From assembly GCA_963663385.2 (NCBI GenBank), contig CAXXXD010000002.1, forward strand, positions 608,001-672,000: a stretch of 64,000 bases of DNA, read 5' to 3'. The position numbers were made by a program, and so were the translations under genes. The stretch comes from Oceanispirochaeta sp. (GTDB taxonomy: Bacteria > Spirochaetota > Spirochaetia > DSM-2461). The notes under the pieces are model-generated. The model had not been told where the DNA came from, made no database searches, and worked only from the letters and a program-made list of their open reading frames with translations. How positions within the stretch are numbered: position 1 is the stretch's first letter; every line of letters starts with the position of its first letter. Shown here one piece after another: positions 49,505-57,958 of the stretch.

Positions 49505-49757
49505 AAGCTGTCTGGTTTTGTCAATAGTTAGTCGCTATTAATAATATTATTTATATATAAATATATTTAGAGTCTAAAATATCCTGTAGGCTTATCCATT
49601 TGGCTCTCTGCTTTTTCGTTATTTTTATATCGATTAGATTGACTTAATCAGTAGGCGGGGTATACAATTTTCTTTATCTGAGAAACTGCTTAAGGGAGTT
49701 TCAAGGATTCAAAAACATACTGAACCTGAGGCTCTGTGCTGAAGGAAAGGGGATCAT

Positions 49758-51260
49758 ATGCCAATTACTCTTGAAAAAAAGAAATCCTGGATGGAATCTG
49801 TAATCCGTCCGGAGGAAAACGAGCGCTTTCTGAAAAACGGAAAAGATTTTATTGATGAAGAGAAAATCTTCGGTCTGCTGAACGATACCGCATCGACCGA
49901 TCCGGCCTTTATCAGGGCTATCCTGGACAAAAGCCGGAGCATTCAGCGACTGGAACCGGAAGAAACCGCCGCTCTCCTGCGGGTGGAAGATCCCTCCCTG
50001 ATCTATGAAATGGAGGAGTGTGCCAGACAGGTCAAAAAAAAGGTCTATGACAACAGGATTGTTACTTTTGCTCCTCTCTACTGCAGCAATCACTGTGTGA
50101 ACAACTGCCTCTACTGCGGATTCCGGAAAGACAACAGCGGTGAGGTTCGCCGCCGGCTTTCCATGGACGAGATTAAAAAGGAAACCGAAGCCCTGGTTAA
50201 ACTGGGACATAAGCGGCTGATTGTTGTATACGGGGAACATCCCATGTCCGATGCGGACTATATGGCCGATTCCATAAGAGCCATTTACGATGTAAAGGTT
50301 CCCGCCCGGCGGGGAACCGGCGAGATCCGGCGGGTAAACATAAATGCCGCCCCCCTCTCGGTTGAAGACTATAAAAAAGTGGCGGATGCGGGAATCGGGA
50401 CCTACCAGATCTTTCAGGAAACCTATCACCATGAAACCTACGCCCGTATGCACCCATCGGGACTCAAGGCAGACTATCACTGGCGTCTCTATGCCCTGCA
50501 CCGGGCCATGGATGCGGGTATTGACGATCTGGCTATCGGAGGTCTGTTCGGTCTTTATAACTGGAAGTTCGAAGTGATGGGGCTTCTCCAGCATGCCATT
50601 GATCTGGAGGAACATTTTGGAATCGGTCCCCATACGGTTTCCTTTCCCCGTCTGAATCAGGCCTCGGGGACGGAGCTGCCCGGAACAAGCGGGTGGAAGG
50701 TTTCCGATCAGGCCCTCAGAAGGCTTATTACGGTACTGCGTCTGTCCATCCCTTATTCGGGGATGATCCTGACCGCACGGGAAACGCCCGAACTGCGCCG
50801 GGAGCTGATACCTCTGGGGATTACCCAGATAGACTGCTCCAGCAAAATAGGAATCGGTGCCTACAGCGCCGAAACGGACGAGCAGAAACTGGACGAGCAG
50901 CAGTTTATGCTGGGGGATACCCGGAGTCTGAACAGCGTTATAAATGAATTCGCCGATGAGAATCTGATTATGTCCTTCTGTACCGCCGGATACCGCTGCG
51001 GGCGGACGGGCGACAAGATAATGGACCTGTTGAAGACAGGAACAGAAGGTAAATTCTGCAAGCTCAATGCGGTTCTTACCTATCAGGAGTGGCTGGACGA
51101 CTATGCCGATGAGGAAACCCGCCGGAAGGGGGAGGCTGTTATCCGGAAGGAGCTGGCCGAGATTGATGCTGACCCTCACTTTGACAAGGGGAATCTGAGA
51201 GACTCCTTCTACGGCCTTCTGGACAGGATCCGCAAGGGCGAGAGGGATATCTATATCTGA
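49758..51260 (+). CDS. hydG: [FeFe]-hydrogenase H-cluster radical SAM maturase
   Basis: FAPLYCSNHCVNNCLYCGF (CX3CX2C), EIRRVNIN, GIGTYQIFQETYH, GPHTVSFPR, C-terminal SFCTAGYRC...FC, GERDIY. Confidence 0.92.
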   Translation: MPITLEKKKSWMESVIRPEENERFLKNGKDFIDEEKIFGLLNDTASTDPAFIRAILDKSRSIQRLEPEETAALLRVEDPSLIYEMEECARQVKKKVYDNRIVTFAPLYCSNHCVNNCLYCGFRKDNSGEVRRRLSMDEIKKETEALVKLGHKRLIVVYGEHPMSDADYMADSIRAIYDVKVPARRGTGEIRRVNINAAPLSVEDYKKVADAGIGTYQIFQETYHHETYARMHPSGLKADYHWRLYALHRAMDAGIDDLAIGGLFGLYNWKFEVMGLLQHAIDLEEHFGIGPHTVSFPRLNQASGTELPGTSGWKVSDQALRRLITVLRLSIPYSGMILTARETPELRRELIPLGITQIDCSSKIGIGAYSAETDEQKLDEQQFMLGDTRSLNSVINEFADENLIMSFCTAGYRCGRTGDKIMDLLKTGTEGKFCKLNAVLTYQEWLDDYADEETRRKGEAVIRKELAEIDADPHFDKGNLRDSFYGLLDRIRKGERDIYI

Positions 51261-51266
51261 TTATTA

Positions 51267-51309
51267 CCGGATTTTCTGCAGAAGCTGCCGGGTTCTGCAG
51301 AAAATCCGG
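51267..51309. terminator. Bidirectional hairpin between hydG and the methyltransferase gene
   Basis: 17-bp perfect stem CCGGATTTTCTGCAGAA / TTCTGCAGAAAATCCGG, 9-nt loop. Confidence 0.75.
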
Positions 51310-51332
51310 ACATCCCTCCGGCCGCTGTATTT

Positions 51333-51968
51333 CTATCCCGTGGATTTCTGCACCGTAAAGTACAGCAGCGCTCCGTTTTCTTCAGGTTCAATTTTAAAAC
51401 AGAAACCGGCTCTGCAGAAAAGAGTCTTCAGCTCTTCCGCTGTATACAACTGCCCCCTGATCCGTACCCCTGTCTCCATCCGCTCGAGACAGGGTACACA
51501 GAACAGAATTGTCGAACCTGTGCGCATAACCCGATTCAGTTCTTCCAGTGCTTTTTCTGTATTATCAATAAAGTTCAAAGTCAGCAGGCAAATCCCGTAA
51601 TCGAAACATCCGTTTTCAAAAGGCAGGGACTCTGCCCCGGCGCGATAAAAAGAGGCGTTCTCTTCCAGTTTAAATCCCTTTCGGGCAAATCTTTTTTCTG
51701 CCCGCTTCATAAGTCCAGGGCTGATGTCCGAACCGGAGTATCGGTTGTCCGGAGCGAGATACGCTGCGGTAAAACCGGAACCCGTACCGACCTCCAGGAT
51801 ATCCTTTTTATGAACCTCTGCCAGATGTGTTTCAATAATCCGGCAGTGTTTATCATAATCCGCCCGGAATTTCCGGGGAAAGACGGAGCGGACCATTATT
51901 GTGTCATAGATTGCAGCTACCAGATCCCCTCTCCAGGGACGCAGTTTTTTCGACCTCTTTATTTTCAT
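51333..51968 (-). CDS. Class I SAM-dependent methyltransferase
   Basis: ILEVGTGSG, GSDISPG, AESLPFENGCFD. Confidence 0.88.
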   Translation of the reverse strand: MKIKRSKKLRPWRGDLVAAIYDTIMVRSVFPRKFRADYDKHCRIIETHLAEVHKKDILEVGTGSGFTAAYLAPDNRYSGSDISPGLMKRAEKRFARKGFKLEENASFYRAGAESLPFENGCFDYGICLLTLNFIDNTEKALEELNRVMRTGSTILFCVPCLERMETGVRIRGQLYTAEELKTLFCRAGFCFKIEPEENGALLYFTVQKSTG

Positions 51969-51970
51969 AG

Positions 51971-52453
51971 TTATTCCTTCTGTTTCTCACCTTCCAGCTC
52001 TCTGACAAGAAGGGAGCGGCGGTGCATAAGATCAAGAAGCTTGAGTACGCCGTCGGCTTCCTTCCGGGTAAAACTTTCAATCTCCTCTATAAAAGGAGTT
52101 TCCACCTGTGCATGAAAATCCTTGTGCGCCCTAAAAGCCCTTTGTCCGTCTTCGGTCAGGCGAAACAGTACTTCCTTTTTGTTTTCCGGGATCTTGAAGC
52201 GTTCAAGCAGTCCCCGGGCCTCTATCTTTTTTACAGCCTGGGATACGGCGCTTTTGGATATCTCATGTTTCTGTGCCAGTACGGTTACGTTTATTCCGGG
52301 ATACCTTCCCACCGTATCAATCAGGTGTATTTCCAGCCTGTTGTATTTTTTATCCGATCCGTAACTTTTCGGTGTCGCCGCCAGATTGATATAGTCTTCG
52401 ATCGTCCAGAGCAGTTTTTCAATGATGGCGTGGGCTTCTTCTTTCTTTATCAT
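51971..52453 (-). CDS. MarR-family regulator
   Basis: EIHLIDTVG..GINVTVLAQ..ISKSAVSQAVKKIEARGLL..NKKEVLFRLTEDG. Confidence 0.92.
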   Translation of the reverse strand: MIKKEEAHAIIEKLLWTIEDYINLAATPKSYGSDKKYNRLEIHLIDTVGRYPGINVTVLAQKHEISKSAVSQAVKKIEARGLLERFKIPENKKEVLFRLTEDGQRAFRAHKDFHAQVETPFIEEIESFTRKEADGVLKLLDLMHRRSLLVRELEGEKQKE

Positions 52454-52459
52454 TACTAT

Positions 52460-52522
52460 AATATTAACATGTTTAACAATATTGTAAAGAAGCTAAACAA
52501 TAATATTAATCAGATTAACAAT
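52460..52522. promoter_or_regulatory. Three abutting 21-bp palindromic operators (putative MarR sites)
   Basis: AATATTAACATGTTTAACAAT / ATTGTAAAGAAGCTAAACAAT / AATATTAATCAGATTAACAAT; idealised palindrome ATTGTTAA-N5-TTAACAAT. Confidence 0.7.
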
Positions 52523-52566
52523 AATTTTCAAAACCAGATCAGATGAACTACTTCATTCAGCTCAAA

Positions 52567-52594
52567 CCATGCCCGGAGTAAGATCCGGGCATGG
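52567..52594 (-). terminator. Terminator of the permease pair
   Basis: 11-bp stem CCATGCCCGGA / TCCGGGCATGG just past the 52603 stop. Confidence 0.65.
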
Positions 52595-52602
52595 AGGGTT
52601 TA

Positions 52603-53130
52603 TCAGACCGGTACGTCCCCTTCTGTCTCAACATGGCCCTTCAGTAAGCGCCCCAGCAGCAGCGATGTGATTATAGTCAGGGGGATAGCCGTCAGGTAAC
52701 GGGTGAGGGTGAACAGCGGCCCCAGGTAGGTGATTTCAAATATGGTCATAGGGATACGGCATATTGCCGCCGCTCCTATATAGGCAAGGACAACGCTCAG
52801 GGCCGCCCCTTTTTTCAGCAGGGATTGGGCTACAGGAAGGGCTGTCAGCATGGGGCCGATGGTCATGCCTCCCAGAAGAAAAACCCATAGATAGCTTTTC
52901 CATCCCCCTTCTTCCCCCAGGTGTTTTTCCACCGTTTCCCGTTTGACCCAGACTTCAAAGAGTCCTATCAGGATAAAAGCAAAGGGAAGAATAAGAAACA
53001 TATCCTTCAGGGTTTTGAAAAATTCCATTCCCATCCGACTGCCGGTGTCAAAACCCGTCAGGAAGGATACAATAACAAAAATACCGAAAACAGCAATAAC
53101 CGTCAGGTTGATAATAGTTGATTTTTTCAT
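52603..53130 (-). CDS. Small permease (ArsP/DUF318-like half)
   Basis: ILIGLFEVWV..VEKHLG, GP..ALPVAQSLLKKGA, RIPMTIFE..LG..FTLTR. Confidence 0.75.
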   Translation of the reverse strand: MKKSTIINLTVIAVFGIFVIVSFLTGFDTGSRMGMEFFKTLKDMFLILPFAFILIGLFEVWVKRETVEKHLGEEGGWKSYLWVFLLGGMTIGPMLTALPVAQSLLKKGAALSVVLAYIGAAAICRIPMTIFEITYLGPLFTLTRYLTAIPLTIITSLLLGRLLKGHVETEGDVPV

Positions 53131-53609
53131 TATAGAATCTCTCCGAAAACAAGTCCCATAATCAGGGCGATCAGCAGGGAAATCACAACGCTCGAAATAT
53201 TTCTGAGCAGGGCAAAACGGGTTCCGAAAAACTGACGTTCAACAGGAAAGGTCAGAATCCCCACCATCATAAGGCTGCAGGTAAAGGCGGCAATGACCAT
53301 ATACTGAACACCCTGATCCCGCAGTACGCTTCCCAGGGGAAAGGCGACGAATCCGGGCATGACGGCCACCGATCCCAGCGCCAGGCCGATGAGGACCCCG
53401 AAAGAACTGTTGCTGCCGGAAAGGTATTCCGAAATCATGTTTTCCGGCATAAGAGTCAGTGCCATGGCGATGAAAACAAGCATCATCAGGAACACAGGCA
53501 TTATCTTAAGGAACTTTTTTCCCCCCATCCTGAGACCTTTCAGGGTTTTTTCCCGGTCTTTTATGAACAGGATGAGGGTTACGGCTGTTACGAATATGAT
53601 GAATCCCAT
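53130..53609 (-). CDS. Small permease (ArsP/DUF318-like half), partner of the downstream gene
   Basis: KDREKTLKGL, LGSVAVMPGFVAFPLG..L..QG, TFPVERQFFGTRFALLRN; TAATG overlap. Confidence 0.75.
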   Translation of the reverse strand: MGFIIFVTAVTLILFIKDREKTLKGLRMGGKKFLKIMPVFLMMLVFIAMALTLMPENMISEYLSGSNSSFGVLIGLALGSVAVMPGFVAFPLGSVLRDQGVQYMVIAAFTCSLMMVGILTFPVERQFFGTRFALLRNISSVVISLLIALIMGLVFGEIL

Positions 53610-53807
53610 GTCTTTCCTCCTTTTTCAGAACTGATCATATCTATCATTCCATACGTGAAAGCTGTAATCAAGCATGTTCTGCGGTTCCGGCAGCAGATTT
53701 TGCAGAGAAGGGGATATCTGCGGCAAGTGGTAATGCAGTTTTCCTTCCCCTTTAGCAGTAGACCCTAAAATCTCTCCTGCTGTTCTATGGCCGCTGAAAA
53801 ATAAATA

Positions 53808-53912
53808 TTGACAGATCTCAGAACTGTGTTAGGATTATAGTGGTTCGACAAAAGAACCAGTTAGAATTATTTAATTGAATAAAATTGTAATAAATGTGGA
53901 TAACTGGTTCTT
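53808..53912 (+). promoter_or_regulatory. Sigma-70 promoter and FadR-like operator region
   Basis: TTGACA 53808-53813; TG-n-TAGGAT 53827-53835; TGGTTCGACAA 53841-53851; inverted pair AAGAACCAGTTA (53852-53863) / TAACTGGTTCTT (53901-53912). Confidence 0.55.
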
Positions 53913-53979
53913 AATTCGGTGTGATTCCTATTGTTAGCAGGATTCTTCTCTTATTCAAATTCTAAAAGGAGCAATTGAA

Positions 53980-55320
53980 ATGAAGAAAAAGGTTTTGGCA
54001 TTTTTGTTTGTACTTATTGGATTGACATTCTGTCTTTCCGCTTCCGGCGGCACAGAGGACGCTGTGTCTGAGGACCTGCGGTTTATAGATGTATCCCCCA
54101 GTCCGACAAGACAGGAGTATTTCACAGGAATCTTTGAAAAGTTCAATAATGAAACAGGTAAAAAAGTAGTCTATGAGAGTGTTCCATGGGATGATGCGGC
54201 AAATAAACTGACTGTTCTGGGTGCTTCCGGAGAACTTCCTGATGTTATGACTACCTGGGCCGGCTGGCTTGGTCAATTTACCGAAGCCGGTTGGGTTGAA
54301 CCCCTTGCTCCCTATATAGGGAATACTGCAGATGAATACGCTGCGACAGTAACAAAGCTGGTCTGGAAAGCGGAAAAAGAACTTTACGGAAATATCTACA
54401 CAGTTCCCGATGGTGTAATGGTTAAAGGTGTTTTTGTCAGAAAAGACTGGGCGGATGAGGCCGGACTTGATCTTGATCCTGCAGCAGGCTGGACTTACAG
54501 TGAATATTTCGACACTGTCTATGCCCTTACAGATTCAGACAAGAACAGATATGGAACTTCCTTCCGTGGATCCCGCGGAGCCTTTGACCCCCTTTATGTA
54601 TACCTTGAAAGTCTGAATGGCGGCGCCGCGTATGCAGAAGACGGATCTTCTCTTATGACAAACAATGAAGCCGTTAAAGCATATGAAACCTGGGGTAATC
54701 TCTATCTTAACGGGGCTGCACCAAAAGATGCCATTAACTGGGGATTCGTTGAAATGGTTGATAACTTTGTCGGCGGGCTTACAGGAACACTCATTAATGA
54801 TTCCGAGGTTGCCGCTACCTGTATAGAAAGAATGGAAGAGGATCAGTGGTTTGTCATGCCCATGCCCAGGAGTGATAAGGACGGGAAAATATACAATACT
54901 GTCAATTCCCCCTATGCCTACAGTATCGCCGCTACATCCAGCCGTAAGGATGATGCCTGGGAGCTAATCCAGTTTCTTACCAAACCTGAGAACAATATCG
55001 AATATTGTAAGCTCACCGGTTTGATTCCCATTAAAAAAGCCGTTGGAGACGATCCTTTTTACGGACCTGACGGACCCTATGCCGCATTCGTACAGCAGCT
55101 GAACGATCCTGCCATGGTTGTACCGGTAGCCTACGGTTCATTCAGCTATACCGATATGCACCAGGGCATGATGCATGAGGAACTTCAGAAATATCTTCTT
55201 GGCAAGCAGAGTGCGGAAGATTCTCTTTTCAAAGTTATGCTGGAACTGGAGAAGAGAATGAAGGCCTATCTGAAGGATAACCCCGGATCGGCCGTTGAGC
55301 AGCCAAAGGGACTCCTCTAA
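53980..55320 (+). CDS. Oligosaccharide ABC substrate-binding protein (CUT1)
   Basis: Signal peptide ending LSA-SG, GELPDV, IYTVP, VRKDW, AWELIQFLT. Confidence 0.9.
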   Translation: MKKKVLAFLFVLIGLTFCLSASGGTEDAVSEDLRFIDVSPSPTRQEYFTGIFEKFNNETGKKVVYESVPWDDAANKLTVLGASGELPDVMTTWAGWLGQFTEAGWVEPLAPYIGNTADEYAATVTKLVWKAEKELYGNIYTVPDGVMVKGVFVRKDWADEAGLDLDPAAGWTYSEYFDTVYALTDSDKNRYGTSFRGSRGAFDPLYVYLESLNGGAAYAEDGSSLMTNNEAVKAYETWGNLYLNGAAPKDAINWGFVEMVDNFVGGLTGTLINDSEVAATCIERMEEDQWFVMPMPRSDKDGKIYNTVNSPYAYSIAATSSRKDDAWELIQFLTKPENNIEYCKLTGLIPIKKAVGDDPFYGPDGPYAAFVQQLNDPAMVVPVAYGSFSYTDMHQGMMHEELQKYLLGKQSAEDSLFKVMLELEKRMKAYLKDNPGSAVEQPKGLL

Positions 55321-55338
55321 ATTCATTTAATGTAATTG

Positions 55339-55367
55339 GTACTGCAGAACTGGAAATTCTGCAGTAC
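55339..55367 (+). other. Intercistronic hairpin after the SBP gene (mRNA stabiliser or partial terminator)
   Basis: GTACTGCAGAA / TTCTGCAGTAC, 7-nt loop. Confidence 0.65.
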
Positions 55368-55397
55368 TATTTAAAAATCCAAACGGAAGGAAGCGCA

Positions 55398-56381
55398 ATG
55401 GGAATTCTCCTGCTCTATTTAATCGGCCTTACAGTCATTGTTATTGCGGCTGTAATGGTTCTCAGTAGATATATTCAAAAAAAAGGAAGACGATCATTAT
55501 CCCGGTCAAGAAAAGCCGAGCCTTATCTTTTTCTGTTTCCCACGGTTTTTCTGCTGGTGCTTATGTTCGGATATCCTCTGATCAACAGTTTTATCATGGC
55601 GTTTCAGCATTATAAACTGACGAATCCCGGAAACATCAGCTTTAACGGGTTTGAAAACTTCCGGAACCTTTTCAGCGAATCCGATATCGGACTGATAATC
55701 AGGAACTCCTTTATCTATGTAGTCGTGTCGGTTCTCAGTCAGCTGGTCCTCGGTATGATTCTGGCTCTGGCTTTGAATAGAAAATTCAGGCTGAGGGGTG
55801 TTTACCAGGCCATCGTGTTTCTGCCCTGGTCCCTGTCTGCTTTTGTAATAGGCCTTATGCACCGCTGGTCTTTCAACGGAGAGTACGGGGTGGTAAATGA
55901 TCTGCTGCTTAAGGCGGGAATCATCAGCGAAAAAATTGCCTGGCTGGGTACGCCCGGTTTTTCTCTGGCTGTTGTGATTATTGCGATGGTTTGGATGGGA
56001 ATACCTTTCTTTGCCATAATGATTCTCGCTTCTCTTCAGTCGATTCCCGTGACTATTTATGAAGCTTCCTATATAGACGGCTGCGGAGCGCTGCGACGAT
56101 TCTGGACAATTATCATGCCCTATATCAAACCGACAGTCATCATAACGTCCCTGCTGAGGACTATCTGGATCTTTAATTCATTCGATCTGATAGTGGTTAT
56201 TACAAACGGCGGTCCTGCCAATTATTCACAGACTCTGCCTTCCTACATGTATACAAAAGCATTCTCCAGTTATGATTTCGGACTGGCTTCCGCATTAGGT
56301 GTCCTTCTGATCGGCGTTCTGGTGCTTTATGTGTTCTTTTTTCTTAAAGTGACAAAATATAATAAAGCGGGGGAATTCTAA
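55398..56381 (+). CDS. Carbohydrate ABC permease (MalF-like)
   Basis: FNGFENF, LQSIPVTIYEASYIDGC, TNGGP. Confidence 0.92.
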   Translation: MGILLLYLIGLTVIVIAAVMVLSRYIQKKGRRSLSRSRKAEPYLFLFPTVFLLVLMFGYPLINSFIMAFQHYKLTNPGNISFNGFENFRNLFSESDIGLIIRNSFIYVVVSVLSQLVLGMILALALNRKFRLRGVYQAIVFLPWSLSAFVIGLMHRWSFNGEYGVVNDLLLKAGIISEKIAWLGTPGFSLAVVIIAMVWMGIPFFAIMILASLQSIPVTIYEASYIDGCGALRRFWTIIMPYIKPTVIITSLLRTIWIFNSFDLIVVITNGGPANYSQTLPSYMYTKAFSSYDFGLASALGVLLIGVLVLYVFFFLKVTKYNKAGEF

Positions 56382-57223
56382 TGAATTTTCGATTAAAACG
56401 AAAACTGGGCGAAGCCGGACGGATGCTGGTTCTTCTCTTTTTCCTGCTTCTGGTGATACTGCCGATCTACTGGATGATCTCGAGTTCTCTGAAACCGGCT
56501 AATGAGATTATCAACGCTCAGGAAATCACCTATTACCCCCATGACATTACCGGTGAGAACTATAATCAGCTGTTCCGTCTCTATAATTACCGGCAGATGC
56601 TTGCCAATAGTCTGACAATTTCCATAGCAACCGGGTTTTGTATTACCGTGCTGTCGATTTTCGGAGGGTACGGTCTGGCCCGGTACACATTCAGGGGAAA
56701 GGAGTCCATGCTGCTGTTCTTTCTGGCTACGCAGATGATCCCCGGTATTCTTGTAATCATTCCTCTTTATATTATTTTTTCAAAGATGGGGATTATCAAT
56801 ACCCATTTCGGACTTTTTCTATTCTACCTTATTACAAACCTTCCGTTCTGTGTCATCACTATGCGCAGCTTCTTTGAACGGATTCCCTATACCCTTGAGG
56901 AAGCGGCCTATGTGGACGGATGCACAAAGATGGACAGCCTGTTCCGAATCATACTTCCGGTGATGTTTCCCGGCATCGTTGCGGTATTTGTCTTTGCTTT
57001 TATCGGAGCATGGAATGAACTGATCGCCGGTACCATCTTCATCAACACATCCAATTTATGGACGGTCCCTGTCGGCCTGAAGTCTCTGATAGGGAAATAT
57101 GATGTTAAATGGGGAGTCCTGATGGCCGGCGGCGTTGGCGCTCTGGTTCCCACCGCCCTGATGTTCGCGTTTATGCAGAAGTTTGTTGTTGATGGACTCA
57201 CTGCCGGGGCTGTAAAGGAGTAG
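56381..57223 (+). CDS. Carbohydrate ABC permease (MalG-like)
   Basis: IPYTLEEAAYVDGC, FIGAWNE, GLTAGAVKE. Confidence 0.92.
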   Translation: MNFRLKRKLGEAGRMLVLLFFLLLVILPIYWMISSSLKPANEIINAQEITYYPHDITGENYNQLFRLYNYRQMLANSLTISIATGFCITVLSIFGGYGLARYTFRGKESMLLFFLATQMIPGILVIIPLYIIFSKMGIINTHFGLFLFYLITNLPFCVITMRSFFERIPYTLEEAAYVDGCTKMDSLFRIILPVMFPGIVAVFVFAFIGAWNELIAGTIFINTSNLWTVPVGLKSLIGKYDVKWGVLMAGGVGALVPTALMFAFMQKFVVDGLTAGAVKE

Positions 57224-57229
57224 GTACGC

Positions 57230-57943
57230 ATGAGCAAGGTAAAAAAAGTGGAAAACATGGAGCCTATTTCCAAGGATCTTCTGCACCAGAAGGTTTCGGA
57301 TTCCATCATAAGCTATATTTTTAAAAACGGCCTCAAGCCCGGGGATAAACTGCCGGGTGAACGGGTGCTGTCGTCAGAGCTTGCGGTTGGAAGAAACTCT
57401 GTCCGGCTGGGGCTTTCCCAGCTGGAGGAAGAGGGGATTATCGAACGAAAAGCGGCCAGGGGGGCATTCGTTAAAAAAGAGGTCTCTGTGGATTCCATGG
57501 AATTGAAGCTGATGCAGGTAGATTATATGGATCTGCTTGAAATCAAGATCTCCCTTGAACAGCTCGCCATCCGCCGTGCCGTGAAAAATGCAAGCGATGA
57601 ACAGATTGCAAAACTGAGGGTGCTGGCAGAAAAGCTTATGGAACATGCTGACCGGAATGTATTCTCTCTCGAACTGGACAGGGAGTTTCATTCCGCTCTT
57701 ATCGAATGCGGAGGGTCTCCTACTCTGTCACAGTTTGTTTTCAGCCTGATCGATAACCTTGACAGCTATATGAATGTGTTTGGAGACGGGTCGAATGTGT
57801 GGATAAAAACCATACCCTTTCATCTTGATATAGTTGAGGCCCTGGAAAAGCGTCAGCTGGAATATGCTCTGGCAGCCCATCAGTATATCTACCAGTATGA
57901 CACAAAAGTTCTGGAAGACCTTTCAGAGAAAAATTCACAATAA
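57230..57943 (+). CDS. GntR/FadR-family regulator (FCD domain)
   Basis: LKPGDKLPGERVLSSELAVGRNSVRLGL; LDREFHSAL; HLDIVEAL. Confidence 0.92.
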   Translation: MSKVKKVENMEPISKDLLHQKVSDSIISYIFKNGLKPGDKLPGERVLSSELAVGRNSVRLGLSQLEEEGIIERKAARGAFVKKEVSVDSMELKLMQVDYMDLLEIKISLEQLAIRRAVKNASDEQIAKLRVLAEKLMEHADRNVFSLELDREFHSALIECGGSPTLSQFVFSLIDNLDSYMNVFGDGSNVWIKTIPFHLDIVEALEKRQLEYALAAHQYIYQYDTKVLEDLSEKNSQ

Positions 57944-57958
57944 CAGAGAGAACGCTAT

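Noticed and set aside
49701..51179. 492-aa ORF antisense to hydG
   Set aside because: Fully overlaps a well-supported gene and has no motifs; a typical antisense shadow from codon bias.
51267..55367. Shared CTGCAGAA core in the hairpins at 51267 and 55339 as a REP family
   Set aside because: Only 8 bp are shared and stems and loops otherwise differ; both are adequately explained as terminator or stabiliser hairpins.
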